Shown here: one piece after another, positions 50,681-64,000 of the stretch | Numbering within the stretch: the stretch's first letter is position 1 | Layout of the letters: each line of letters begins with the position of its first letter | Origin: Octopus sinensis | Taxonomy: Eukaryota | Length of the DNA stretch: 64,000 nt | Assembly: GCF_006345805.1 (NCBI RefSeq) | Contig: NC_043014.1 | Coordinates: 2,604,001-2,668,000, forward strand | Direction: 5' to 3' | Notes under the pieces: model-generated | What the model was told of the DNA's origin: nothing | The model's database searches: none | The model's input: only the letters and a program-made list of their open reading frames with translations | Made by a program: the position numbers and the translations under genes

Positions 50681-53159
50681 CACACGATGGGCTTCTTTCA
50701 GTTTCCGTCTACCAAATCCATTCACAAGGCTTTGGTCGGCCCGAGGCTATAGTAGAAGACACTTGCCCAAGGTGCCATGCAGTGGGACTGAACCCAGAAC
50801 CATGTGGCTGCGAAGCAAGTTTCTTATCACACAGCCATGCTTTTGCCTGTCATCACCATCATCACAAGCAGACATTTACACCAATATATAATGAAGCCAT
50901 AGTCAATTTTACTGAATTTCTCAAAAAAACTTGGTTGCATTAAAAAATTTATTGAAGAACAGAGGCAGCCTAATTGCAAGAAATATATAATTATGAAAGT
51001 TCATTAACAAAGGTGGAGTGTGCTGTTTAATTAATCAAACACGCAGTAACATTACATACTACTATATTTGAAGGTGGTGGGAAAGAGAAGGTGAAATCAG
51101 TTCGTTATCTCTCAGAATGAGTAGCTAATTAATATTTCCAGTAAGTAGTAGTACACAAATGCAACTGGGGGGATTAGCAATGAAAAATAGCTTGGTGATG
51201 GAGGTGGTAATGGTGGCAACAGTAGAGATGGAGGTTGCAGTGGTGGTGGTGATTGTAGACATCATCATCGTTTAACGTCCGCTTTCCATGCTAGCATGGG
51301 TTGGACAGTTCAACTGGGGTCTGGGGAGCCCGAAGGCTGCACCAGGCCAGTCAGATCTGGCAGTGTTTCTACAGCTGGATGCCCTTCCTAACGCCAACCA
51401 CTCCGAGAGTGTAGTGGGTGATTTTATGTGCCACCGACACAGGTGCCAGACGAGGCTGGCGAACGGCCACGCTCGGATGATATTAAATGAAAATAATGAT
51501 ATTAAATGAAGACAATGATATTAAATGAAAATAATAAATAAATAAATAAACGACTGCTTGAAAAACAGAACCAAAATTAATGAAACAAATAAAAACACAA
51601 AAGAAGGAAAAAAAAACTATGTAAGTTACAAAAAAATTTTTGAAAAAATATCTTGAATTTTTTCAGTAATTTAGTCTGAAGTGGGTGGGAAGAATTTGGT
51701 TTAGAGATAAAGACAGATTTTCCCAAACTTAGAGCCTTAATATTTCAGGTTCAAATCCTTCTTTGGCCATATTTCTTAGCAAAATGCAGGGCCTGTGTAT
51801 TTTAATTAATTTTGTAAACAATCGAGAACAACGGTCTGGTAGAATCGGTTGAGCATCAAAACAAAATGCCGGCATATATTTAGTCAGAATGTAACTACGC
51901 CTAACATTATGCTGTGTGTTGGAAATCAGCCAAGGTCAACCTTGTTGTTTATCCTCTTGAGGTCGATAAATAAAAAAAAGAGAGAGAGAGAAAGAAAGAA
52001 AAGAGTAGCAGAGAAGTATTGCAGATGATGAAATATTCCCATGATGCACCAACTGAGACATGAATGGGGAAAATCAAATGATTAAGACTAAAGCTTAAAG
52101 GATGGGTTAACGGTTTACTGAAAGAACTTTGACATTATCAATCTGGTGCTTGGAACAGGAGTAGAATATGAAGTACAAAGTGTATCATGATGATATGCGT
52201 AGCTGTTGTTCTAGTCATCATTTAACACTCATCTTCCCTGCTGTCTTTATATGGACAGTTTAACAGGATCTGACGAAACAGAGGGCAGCGTTGAGGTCTA
52301 ATGTCTGCTTTGGTATGGTTTCTACTGCTGGATGCCCATCAAATTGCCAGCCATTCTATACAATGTACAAGGTAGGGTTTTTTTTTGTGTGTGACACCAA
52401 CACGAATATGGTCACCAATTAACTTACAAGACCCCTTGACTTGAGTGTGGGTATGGTATTGAGGGAGGTGGTTCGTGCTGGTGGCACGTAAAATGCACCA
52501 ATCCGATCGTGGCTGTTGCCAGCCTCGCCTGGCACCTGTGCAGGTGGCATGTAAAAAGCACCCACTACACTCATGGAGTGGTTGGCGTTAGGAAGGGCAT
52601 CCAGCTGTAGAAACTGCCAGATCAGACTGGAGCCTGGTGCAGCCTCCTGGCTTCCCATACCCCGGTCGAACTGTCCAACCCATGCTAGCATGGAAAACGG
52701 ACGTTAAACGATGATGATGATGATGATATATATATATATATTAGTGTATCCATCTTTGGTAGGGTCAACATAAAAATACTTTGAGTGAGAAATATCATTC
52801 AATAACTAGAATTTCTATGCGAGTTACATTAAGTTTTATACTCAGATGGTACAACAAGCAGATGTGCTTGTAGAGCATGCTGTGTACTATCCTATACAGG
52901 CTCAGGCTCAAGACACACAGACACACACAACCATTTTAATGTACACTTTTCCATGCCTGCATGAGTCAGATGATAACCCTATTGAATCAGATTTTTGTAC
53001 AACCAGATGCTTCTCCTGTTGGCAACTCTCACCCGTTTTCAAACAATATATTTTCCCTGGTCTATCAAGCAACAAATGGCCCTGATGGGCTTTCACAGAG
53101 GCTTGAAAACAAACAATATTATCTGTATGAACAGTGACTATCTGTGCAGATATACAACC

Positions 53160-53545
53160 AGGGGGAAGTACAGGACTGGTACGAACATGGATAGCATCCC
53201 CAAAGTCCATTCCCTCCTCACCGTGGTGGGGACGCTGTTAACGGAACTTCGGTTCCTGGTAGGGCCACCCAAGGTGGATTGGTCCGACACCAAGTGGTAT
53301 TAGGGCAACAACCCAGCAGACGGGGCTCTGGTGAAAATCCTCGGAGTGTCTGCTTCGGCAACCGGTAGCTCCTCGGTTGTTCTGTCCCTGCATCTGTGGA
53401 CAATCTGCGGCAAACAGGATGTCTCCACATGCGGGATTGTTGGGGACCGCTTGTGAAATCCACATATTTCCATGAAACTTCTTCCATGAGTAGAAGAAGC
53501 CGACTCAACCCACCCAGGGTGAATGCCGCCACAAGTACAAGTAAG
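53160..53545 (+). mobile_element. Internally deleted derivative of the same RTE-like element
   Basis: GC-rich segment ending in the terminus shared with 61570-61620 and a caagtacaagta tail. Confidence 0.5.
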
Positions 53546-53770
53546 AACCTGGATAGTTATATGACTAACTAAAGTTGAAGCTAGTAGGAATCTGGGTAGA
53601 TGTAAAACAAACCGGGGTACAGGTAGGATTGAGCCAACCTGGGTGGATATACAAGTAGCTGGGGTAGAGATTGGTATGAGATTAGGTGGAGTGAACCTGG
53701 GTAGATGTTCAAATAGAGGCTGGAGTAGAGACAGAGAGAGAGAGAGGAAATGGTATCGTTTCTGAGTCAA

Positions 53771-54190
53771 GGCGGCGAGCTGGCAGAACCGTTAGCACAC
53801 CGGGCGAAATGCGTAGCCGTATTTGGCCTGCCGTTACATTCTGAGTTCAAATTCCGCCGAGGTCGACTTTGCCTTTCATCCTTTCGGGGTCGATAAATTA
53901 AGTACCAGTTACGCACTGGAGTCGATGTAATCGACTTAATACCTATGTCTGTCCTTGTTTGTCCCCTCTGTGTTTAGCCCCTTGTGGGTAGTAAAGAAAT
54001 AGGTATTTCGTCTACTGTTACGTTCTGAGTTCAAATTCCGCCGAGGTCGACTTTGCCTTTCATCCTTTCGGGGTCGATAAATTAAGTACCAGTTACGCAC
54101 TGGAGTCGATGTAATCGACTTAATACCTATGTCTGTCCTTGTTTGTCCCCTCTGTGTTTAGCCCCTTGTGGGTAGTAAAGAAATAGGTAT
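53771..54190 (+). mobile_element. tRNA-derived SINE family A (dimeric body), recent insertion
   Basis: Head ggcggcgagcTGGCAGAACCGTTAG (A box) and GAGTTCAAATTCC (B box); 18-bp TSD ggtatcgtttctgagtca. Other copies at about 3345-3720, 8267-8640, 9743-9955, 11325-11670, 16350-16768(-), 26636-27005, 29017-29226(-), 31930-32165, 57515-57655(-). Confidence 0.88.
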
Positions 54191-55168
54191 CGTTTCTGAG
54201 TCAGTGATTGCAGTTTGGTGACGGATGTGAGTGAATGTTTGCCACCAGACAATGAAAGAGAACAACCAGTAGGTTTGGATGGGGAAAAACCCTGAAAAAC
54301 TAAGCAGTTTATAGTACAATATTGCATCGGTCAGCTAATTTCCCTTGGGGTGGTTTTGTGTAGGTGAGCAGGTAAGTGTTTACGCCAACACATAAACCAA
54401 CTCTTCACAAAATAACAAGGTTAATAAAATAATGAAGCTGTGTTTAATTAACACTAAGCTTTTTTTTTTATGGAATGTGAAAGTGGTGGTGGTGGTTGCA
54501 GTGGTTGTGAAGGTGGTGGTAAGAGTAGTGATGGTGATAGTGGGGGTGACGATGATGGTAGTGGTAGTGGTGGTGGTGGTGGAGAGAAAGTGAGCAACAT
54601 TAATGTGTTGGCTGCAAATGTAAATTAATTAGACAAAAGGTTGTTAAACAGCCAAGAAAAGAAAAAAAGTACATATATAAATAACAAATTAGACGCCTAT
54701 ATACGTTGCAACATTCGAGCGGAATTAGCAGAAGATCAATCTAATAAATAAGACAGATGTTATGCTAATGAACAGACCTAACACAAAACACACACAGGCC
54801 ACATGGAGATATATATGTGCGTGTATATATATATATATACACACAAACACACGTCTTGTACACACATGCACACATATGCACTCGTGAACTTAATAGCTTC
54901 GTTATAATGGCTGCGAGGAATTTAGTAATTTATAAATAAAGTCAAGGCAATATATAATTTAAGTACAAGCTACATACGGGGTGTGGGGTAGGGCGGGGCA
55001 GGGGGGGTCTAGATGCTAATCAATGAACTCCCTACGCCCCCCACTCGCCCCTCCCCCCCAGTTATTGATCAGTCATGTATTTTATTATCCCAGCAATGAT
55101 GACCTTGATGGGATATATTGACTGACAGGTCTGCTGGGTCAGGGTTAACCTGGAGTTAAAGAACAACA

Positions 55169-55540
55169 TCTCTATATATATAAACGGCAAAATGTCTGTG
55201 TGTGTGTGTGTGCGTCCTTTATACAAATCCACAATTTTTCAGTTAGAGGGCTCACACTTTCTATGGTCATTCAAAACCATCCAAGGGTGGTCGTGCACAT
55301 CTTTACATTTCCCCAGTCACCCCGCAAAGCCATTAAAAGATCAATAGAAGTGACTTTTTTGTGAATTTTCTATCCAAAATCCAATCAAAATGCCTGAAAC
55401 TTGATACGCCAATTGAATACCAGCTAGCTGTATGTGATTGGTCGGAGATTTGGACAGTACTCGCGTGTATGTGCGCACGCACGCAGCTGTATATGCATGC
55501 ACTAGCACTATGACCTGGCAACACCGGGTCATAGTGCTAG
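55169..55540 (+). mobile_element. Non-autonomous Helitron
   Basis: A|TCTCTATATATATAAA 5' end, 3' hairpin actagcactatgacc...ggtcatagtg, CTAG|T terminus, no TSD. Confidence 0.75.
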
Positions 55541-57242
55541 TCTAGACATATCCTACGATGTATGTATGTATATGTCTGTTTATTATACATACACATACAT
55601 ACACACTATCATCGTTATCATCACCATCGTTTAACATCCAAAAACCTTGTGAGTCACTTCGGTTGACAGGAAGTGAAAACAAACCCCCCGTGTGTGTGTC
55701 CTCATTTCTGTATCATGCACTAATCAAAATTAATTATAATTGCTACAATAAATTTTCTATGGCCCATGCAAGAAAAAGGAAACTAAACATTAAAGCCATG
55801 ATGAAAATAATGCTGATGATGATGATGTGTGTGAGTGTTAAGGAGTGTTCTTTCAAACAGTGTGCCATGTAGTGGCACTTTAGACAAGTGTCTTCCACTT
55901 CTGCTAAAGCCTTGGGCTGACCAACACTCTGGGAGAGCTTGGTTGATGGAAACTGTGTCGAAGCCATTTCAGTTGTTCACTTAAAGTTTTCAATGCTAAA
56001 ACAGGTTGGCTGGAACTTATCTGAAGAAAGAATTTGTATTTGGATGCTCTTGCTGCTGCCAACCCTTAGCTATTTTCCAAGTGACGTGTGTGTGTGTGTA
56101 TGTACGTTCACATTTATGTATGTTTATATGTGCATATGTTAGTACATGTCTGTTTCTATGTATCATCATCATCGTTTAACGTCCGCTTTCCATGCTGGCA
56201 TGGGTTGGACGATTTGACTGAGGCCTGGTGAACCAGATGGCTGCACATGGCTCCAATCTTGATCTGGCAGAGTTTCTACACCTGGATGCCCTTCCTAACG
56301 CCAACCACTCCGAGAGTGTAGTGGGTGCTTTTAAAGTGCCACCGCAAAAGCACCAACTACATTCTCGGAGTGGTTGGCATTAGGAAGGGCATCCAGCTGT
56401 AGAAACTAAAAAAAAAAAAAACCATCAGTGACCGAAAGCATATCCCTAGAACTAAGTACTGTAATAAATATAAATTACTAAAAATAACCAACAGGCTGAC
56501 AAAATAAAATATTGGTATTGATAAGATTAAAAAGGGAAAGGAGAAAAAACCTGTCTCTGGTGTTCTAGGATGGACTAAAGACAAATGACAAATGACTAAA
56601 GACAAATGATTGAAACAAAAGCAAACTAAACAAAATGCGTGTGCATGGATACATGTGTATGCACACACATCGATTAATGACTGACCAAGGAACAAGAGTT
56701 ATGTAATCCTGTTCAATAGCTCACAGTTGTTTCTGCTGTAAGCAGCATTGCACTCATAGTTGAGTGCTTGCGTAACATCTTATAGCTCTGCCAAAACCAT
56801 TTCAGTAAACCCTCAACACCATCATTTAACATCTGTTTTCCATGCTAGCATGGGTTGGACAGTTTGACAGGAGCTGGCCAGGTTCCAATGGTGAGTGTTG
56901 TCATGGTTTCTACAGCTGGATACCATTCCTAATGCCAACCACTTTACAGAGTGCACTGGGTGCTGTTTACACGGCACCAGCACAGGTGACTTTTACGAGG
57001 TGCTGGCATGTATGTTTGTTGCAGAAAGCATTTAAATCTGTGGAGTTGATTACATACAGAACCATGAATTAAATCTGATAGAGTTGAAGGTGGAAAAAAC
57101 CCAATATTAATTGTTAATAAACTCCGCTTTAAAGCAGAATTATATTAAGTTCTAACTACTGGTCAATAGTATGGTTATACCTAGGAGGGATCATAATGTA
57201 TGTACACACATGATATGAAAATTAAATGCCAGTGAAACCAAC

Positions 57243-57383
57243 CTGCACATCGTATATCCGAAAGTAGTAAGAACGTCTGCTGTTGTCTTTGACAAAGCAG
57301 ACGGCTCCAGAATGTCTCTTGTTCCATTGCTGTAAGTTGGGTCGTTCTGCAAGAAACAGCTGGCAAAGGGCTGATGCTAAAGT
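57243..57383 (-). CDS. WASL: WASP/N-WASP coding exon, N-terminal half of WH1 (EVH1) domain (probably exon 2; exon 1 not found in window)
   Basis: tttgcag|ACT...CAG|gttggt, 141 nt, phase 0-0. Encodes TLASALCQLFLAERPNLQQWNKRHSGAVCFVKDNSRRSYYFRIYDVQ, matching the WASP-family WH1 motif W.K...G..C.VKDN..RSY..R..D. Confidence 0.93.
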
Positions 57384-57859
57384 CTGCAAAAGAGTAAAAT
57401 AATAATAATAATAATATAATAATAATAATCCAGCATTAGAAGCTGTGCAAAGACAATATAATAATAACAATAAAAATAATAATAATAATAATAATAATTA
57501 TGATGATGATGATTTCAAATTTTTGTCACAAGGGCAGCTTGGGGGGAGGGGATTAAGTGGATTGCACTGACCCCAGTGTTTCAGTGGTACTTAATTTATC
57601 AACCCCAAAAGAATGAAAGGCAAAATCGACCTCGGTGGAATTTGAACTCAGAATGCAGCTCATCACCTTCCATGATAATAATAATATTAACGATTTCTTT
57701 CATTTGCACCAGGGTGAAGGATGAAGGGGACAAAACAAAGACAGACATAAAGTGTGGGGGTTTTACAGGTAGTGAAAAAGAAAAAAGTATACATGGCATA
57801 CATTAAAAGAAGGGAATTATAGAATGTGGCACTAGAAGAAAAAAAAAAAGAAAAAAGTG

Positions 57860-59935
57860 ATAGTGATGGGGTCCTCCTGATATAGGCGGACCTCTAGGGA
57901 GGGTTGAGGAACCCCACCATCCAAGATCACCTTGGATACCAAGGATGAGTGCCCTCTCCAAATCTCTTTCTTCCGACTCACAGGTCTACTCTGAGAGTGG
58001 TACCATTCACTCTTGCCATTTTCACAACCTTCACTCAAGGACAGCACCTCCCTCTCCACCTTCACTTTATTATCCGAGTGAAACTTGAAAAAGTCAATGA
58101 GGAATGTTTCTGTCCTCATTCCTTCTAACCTCGTCCACCAGAGACACCCTGTTTTGCCAGAGCCACCCTGTTCATCACCTCTTCCCAATTCTTGTCCACC
58201 TGAAGGTCGGGACTGAACCAGACCCCGATCAGTTTAACAGGTCCATCAGCCCAACGTCCGCTGCTGCTGTCCAACAGCATTGATCTGCCTCTCCAGGTAC
58301 CCAGTTGCAATTCCACCAACTTGTCAGCGTTGATTTTGGCTTCTGCAATCGACTCATACTCCCTTACAATGGAGTTGACCATCTCCACATCAGAGGCATC
58401 CCAATACCATGATGGTGACATCATCTGTGTATGCCGACACTGCTCTCCTGAGTCCAATTTTGAAAGTGAGACCTCTTAACTGTTCCAAGTTCTGCAGCAG
58501 TAACTTGAGAGCCAACGCATACAGAAGAGGTGACAGCAGGCAGCTTTGACGTACTTAACATGCAATACTAAACGGTTCTGATAGGTGGCCATTTACTTTG
58601 ACCACCGAACAGGTGCCACTGTCCATTGCAGCAATCCAGCCTCTGAAAATGGGTCGGAAATCGGCCGCTTTTAAGACAGTTTCCAAGTAGCAATGGTTGA
58701 CTATCGAAAGCTTTCAACTATCTAAATTGATCAGGGCCCCATCAAAGCTAGCTTTAGTTATTGCCCTCTCTACAATTTATTGCATTAAGGTGGAGGCTGT
58801 CATGGATGGACCGGCTTGGGATAGCAGCACATTTGTGCCTCCCCGGCCAGCGACAAGCACAAACTTTTGTGCTAACACCTTGGCCAGAATCGTAAACTGT
58901 GTTTAGCAGAGTTATGGACTGAAAATTCCCTAGCATGTCCCCATTGCTGGCATCTTTTCTCAGCAGCATTAAACACCTTGGCTAACAGCACTAGGAATTC
59001 TCCCATTCTGCTGCCAGTTATTGCAGACATCTGCCAAGAAGCTACCAAACAAATCTGACACAAATAAACCGGGCAGTTTGCAACTTGTGCAATTGCTCAT
59101 CGCTTCCTGTATTTTAGTGGCTGTAATCAGCTTTATGCAGAACCTCATATCCATTACCAAGAGCCGTGGTAGGTTGTCCAGGTACGAAGTAAACTCTGCT
59201 ACTGTTGCCAATTCATCACCCTCTCTAAAAATCCATGCAAAGTGCTGCTGAAAAGCCACACATACCTGTCCTGAACCAAGTAGCACATACCTGTCCTGAT
59301 CCATCAAAGACTTTGTGTTTTTGTTTTCAGGTTGCATCACTACCATTCAGGCCCATTGGATGGCTTCAGATCCTCCGAGTTTTAGTGCACAGGCCTTAGC
59401 TCTGACAATGCACCCTTCATGTTTCACCTCAAAGAAATGGTCAAGGGCTATTCTCACTGCTAACACATCAATTGCGATGCCTTTACTAATAATCTCTTCC
59501 AGTTTGCTAACAAGTTCTCCCTCTAATCTATTTCTCTCTGTTGCTAATTCTTTGCTAAACGCTATCAATTCTACTCAAATTGCTCTCTTCAGAGCAATCT
59601 ACCACCAGTTGTTGATGATTGCCCCTGTCAACCACCACTTAACTATTTCACTAATCCAGTCTCTGTAGTCTTTGTGAGCCAGTAAGGACACATTCAACTT
59701 CCAGTAACTGGGTCTCTGTCTATGGGTCCTATCTAAACCAACTGTGCGTATCACAAATTTGTGATCTGAGTAGCTGACCAATTTAAATTGTGAAGAACCA
59801 ATGCTATTCCTATCCTCTGACCGTACAAATATTTTATCTTAATATGATCTGGATGACCCATTGTGGTTGCTCCTTGTCCACATTGGCGCATCTGGGAAAT
59901 CCAGTCAGTACCTGTCAGAAAGCTGGAAAGTCCAA
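57860..59935 (-). pseudogene. Decayed L1/Tx1-clade LINE ORF2 (endonuclease end and reverse transcriptase)
   Basis: Frameshifted motifs in the expected order: SDHKFV, YWKLNVSLL, KLPGL, NFQSITLLNT, IPSRSIHD, LLSPLLY, SAYTDDV (YxDD), AKINADK, LIGVWF. Confidence 0.85.
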
Positions 59936-61088
59936 AGAAGGAACTTTGGATGTAGGTTAGAAACCAGTTCTTTCTTTATTGGCAAGAAATCTTGGAAAAC
60001 TGAATGACATACATACATATAGTGAAGCTTCATGTAGCGAACCTGTGCATCAGAATAGGGTGTAGCAAACGTGTGAAGTGGTGCTTAATGTAGTGACCAT
60101 GGGCAAGGGAGCTGAATGTGGTGAAAATGAGCAGCTGAGCTGGGTGTAGTGATCATGTGCATTTGAGCTTGATTCTGTGAACATGGGTAGCATAGCTGAA
60201 TGTAATGACTTTTTGTCAATGCAGATAACTTCCTGATGTTATTTAACAATTAGTTGTAGTGGTAGGGGGAGGAGGAGGAGATAATGATGACTAACAACAA
60301 CAACAACAGACTGGATAAACATGTTGCAACACAAATCATTTCATCCAAGTGTCATCTCCGGTTTATGTGACAGTTTTTTTTGTCCTACTTAGAACCACTG
60401 CAACACGTTCGTAAAATCACACGCAAGCTCACCTACGCCCTCACCTACACAGTCCTCTTCTTGCAACCAAAATATAGATCACATAACCCCTGCTCCTTCT
60501 CTCCCATTTCAGTTTCATATCACGATTTTAAGTATCCTCAATGAAGCTCACGATTTACGATTAACACTAAAAACATTCACACAATCTCATTGTTCTCAAT
60601 TTAAAGAACACTCAGACCACTCTGAAGTACTCTAAAGTACACGCATCCACACACAATCCTATTTAAGGTACATTTATACCATCACATAACACCCCACTTA
60701 AAAGTGCATACTGACATATACATACATATGTTCCCCAAACTGTGCCCAGTTAAATAATATTCATTCCACTCCCCTGTTTTTTTTATTTAAATTCTATTTA
60801 CACCACATCATGTCTTTCCTTCCATTATCTCCGACTGAAATCTTAATTGATACCATCCCTGTTTCCAATTTGGAGCAAACACATAACAGCATTCGTCTGT
60901 TTCCAATTCAAAGCATACTCTTACCACTTCCTCTATTCCCAGTTAAAAAAATGTTAGTGTATACATGCAATATATACATATATATATATAAATATATTAC
61001 AATTAATAAGAGGAATGACTACTAAAGTGGATTCCTATACACTAGAGATAGACATCAAATCGCTTTCCCACAATATATATATATACAG

Positions 61089-61119
<31 letters not shown>

Positions 61120-61140
61120 TATATACACACATACATACAT

Positions 61141-61480
61141 ATGAGGGGGAGAGTCAAAAGGTAATGCCATTTTGTTTAGGACAGGTGTAATTACCAACAC
61201 AGGATCAGGTATCATACATCAAAATGAAGCTGGTTCTAGGTGGATCACATCCCTACTTCTCAACATAGCTACCGTTTCTCTCAATAGCAATGTTCCACCT
61301 TTTGAAATGAGAGCATGTATCTCTGCCCCGTAAAATTCTGTTGACTGTTCTTAGAGCCACTTTTTCACAACAGTTTTCACTTCCTCGTCACTGGAATAAT
61401 GTTTGCCTCTCAAACCCTCTTTCATGGAGCCAAGAGATGATAGTCAAGTGACGAGGAAGTGAAAACTGTAGTGAAGAAAT
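61141..61480 (-). mobile_element. Mariner transposase C-terminal fragment with one TIR
   Basis: TA-TGAGGGG terminus. Minus strand reads DYHL...KEGLRGKHYSSDEEVKTVVKKWL...EFY...W...IERNGSYVEK*. Confidence 0.75.
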
Positions 61481-61569
61481 TTGATAGATTTTAATTCAAA
61501 ACTTATGAAAACAAGACATTTGTACTCAGCCAGGTTGGTAACAAAAGGGTTGAATATCTATCGGTGTGT

Positions 61570-61855
61570 CCTTGTCCTTGTAGCAACATTCACCCTGGGC
61601 GGGTTGAGTCAGCTTCTTCTACCACCCTTGAGGCATCTTGAACCATGGCAGCTGACGCATGACGGTCCTGTGCCAGTTCACTGGAGATAGCAAGCCAGTC
61701 ACAGTTCCATCGGCGCAGGCTGACCACCCGTGGTCCCGTGAGCACGGAGAGGTTCTCCTTGATCGTTGTAACCCAGGTGCTCAGCTGCCCGCCCGCGCGT
61801 TTCTGCCAGTTGGGAAGTGGAGTTGGGAGAAGGACATCATGGCTCAGTTCACCCA
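61570..61855 (-). mobile_element. RTE-like LINE 3' end
   Basis: WQKRAGGQLSTW...RRWN..W...AQDR...* followed by a caag-repeat tail. The same terminus (gaagaagccgactcaaccc.cccagggtgaatg) occurs on + at about 53494-53545. Confidence 0.7.
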
Positions 61856-62103
61856 CTGTGTGTGTGTGTGTGAGTATACACACACATACATACATATTAC
61901 ATGAAACAGTAATATAGATGTACGACTGCCACCGATACATTTAAAGCTCTACGTAGATTACAATCCTATAGTCCGCTTCCTGTGTAAGTTATTACGTAAC
62001 CTCTATACTGAGTAGCATCACTACATATCAACTACAATGCAAATGTAGGAAAAATAAGGATAGACACAAGTTTATCTAAACTTGTGCTCATCCTTATTTC
62101 TAA

Positions 62104-62602
62104 CTAGCAGTATCGCCCGGCGTTGCTCGGGTTTGTAAGGGAAATAACTATATAAGCATTTTTAGAGAGTTATAGCCAAAAAATAGCAAAAAAATGCATT
62201 AAAAATGGAAAAAAAATTTTGGTAAATTTTTTTTTAAATCATTGACTCATCGTAGACATTTTTAGAGAGTTACTTCCCTTATATAATAGCGAAAAAAATA
62301 CATTAAAATGGAAAAAAATGATGGTAAATTTTTTTTTAAATCGTTGACTCATCGTAGACATTTTTAGAGAGTTACTTCCCTTATATAATAGCGAAAAAAT
62401 GCATTAAAATGGAAAAAAAGATGGTAAATTTTTTTTTAAATCGTAGACTCATCGTAGACACGCGCTAATACCCAGAAGGGCTCGATATGAATCACGACTA
62501 TAAGATACCCGGTTTTGGTTAAACTGCACCGCAAAATGTGGGAGTAGTTAGGAATCTAAATCGTAGGAGACAGACACACAACTTGACTTTTATATATAAA
62601 GA
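62104..62602 (-). mobile_element. Non-autonomous Helitron with internal ~107-bp tandem repeats
   Basis: Minus strand starts A|TCTTTATATATAAAA and ends cccgagcaacgccgggcgatactgCTAG|T. Three internal repeats of tttttagagagtta...gactcatcgtagaca. Confidence 0.75.
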
Positions 62603-64000
62603 TGTATTAAACGCATACACACCCAAACAAACATATAAGAAGCTTCTTTCAGTTTCCATTTACCAAACCCACTCACAAAGCTTCAGTCAGCCTGGAGCTA
62701 TAGTAGAAGACATTTGTCCAAGTTGCCATGCTCAATACCTACAAGATTATAATAATAATTCATACTATTAATAATCTCCAAATTCTACGAGGGGAGTTGT
62801 TTTCTGTTATTTCTCTACGAAATTAACATGAAACTTCCAAGACATTTGAGCAGGATCGAGGAGTTGAGGAAACAAGCTGTTCTCAAAGACATTAGAAATG
62901 TAAAAGGAACAATAAACATCAGAAGAGAGTATTGTAGTTCGCTTGAAGCCTTGTGTATTGTTTGTAAAGAATAAAAAGTTTTGAATGGTACAACAATGTA
63001 CTAAAATAAAGACAATGGGCTATATACCTGTTGTATTTAACCAGTAAGGCAACGCTGGTAACAATCACGCATGAATGGTGCCCTTTTACATGCCACCGAC
63101 ACGGAGCCAGTTGGCTGCTCTGGCAACGATCACGCTCGGATGGTGCTCTTGGCACCCTACTAGCATGGGCACAAGTGCCAGTAAGGCGACGCTGGTAATG
63201 ATCACACTGGAATGGTGCACTTTTATATGCCACTGGCACGGAAGCCAGTTAGCCGCTCTGTCAATGATCACCCTCATATGGTGCTCATTGCACCCCGCCA
63301 GCACAGATGCCAGTTGTCGAATTTGATTTTGATTTCACTTGCCTCAACAGGTCTTTGCAAACAGCGTTTAGTGTCCAAAGAAGGAAAAGGTATGCATAAG
63401 TGGGCTGGTTACGCTCCTGGCATAGGCCACAGGTTATGGTCTCATTTGGCTTGCCGGGTCTTCTCAAGCACAGCATATTTCCAAAAGTCTCGGTCGCTAG
63501 TCATTTCCTTGTTGTACCATTCAAAACATTTTATTCTTTATTAGAAGTTAAACTAGGATAGAAGAACAAATTCTTAGAAGTCTTACTTTCTTACAGTGCA
63601 ATGGCCACCGGTTAAGGGGTCTGTCCCTATCCTGGAGGGCCCACATCTTCAATGTAACCCAAACCATATTGATGCTACTGGATTTTGTTTCCAGAGTTTT
63701 CGTGCACTTCCAAATATGGTATGCAGGTAATGCCACATCTGATTGCAAAGGTGTGTTCATTACAACCAATAAAAGACGATAATATGGAGGCACAGGCACG
63801 GCTGTGTGGCAAGGAAAAGCTTGCTTCCCAACCACATGGTTTCAGGTTCAGTCCCACTGCACGGCACCTTGAATAAGTGTCTTTTATTATAGCCACGGGC
63901 TGATCAAAGCTTTGTCAGTGGATTTGGTAAACGGAAACTGAAAGAAGCCCATTGTGTGTGTGTACTTGTGTGTTACTGTCTCTTCGCCTTGATTCTGCAT

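Overview
This is eukaryotic, AT-rich, repeat-dense genomic DNA. The SINE repertoire and (AT)n/(CA)n microsatellite load look like Octopus (cephalopod) DNA; that assignment is an inference from recall, not a search. The main gene is a minus-strand WASP/N-WASP orthologue. Ten coding exons can be traced by hand from 57383 to the stop at 16135, all with GT-AG boundaries and consistent phases, encoding WH1, basic region, CRIB/GBD, poly-Pro, two WH2, central and acidic domains. Its normal first coding exon was not found and probably lies beyond the window end. Inside one of its introns is a 437-codon, ATG-initiated, His/Tyr/Asn/Gln-rich exon (49423-48113) ending at an in-phase GTAAG donor, a candidate alternative first exon. 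The 3' end of an unidentified plus-strand gene probably lies at about 1.7-6.8 kb. The rest is transposon-derived: tRNA-derived SINEs, Tx1/CR1/RTE LINE fragments, TTAA-flanked piggyBac-type MITEs, a hAT MITE, Helitrons and a mariner fragment. The least expected signal is six minimal type-I hammerhead-ribozyme-like motifs (114, 14028, 14266, 23680, 27582, 46310), most of them in short fold-back elements resembling Penelope-like-element termini, and three on the WASP sense strand. All calls are by eye; no folding, alignment or database search was run.
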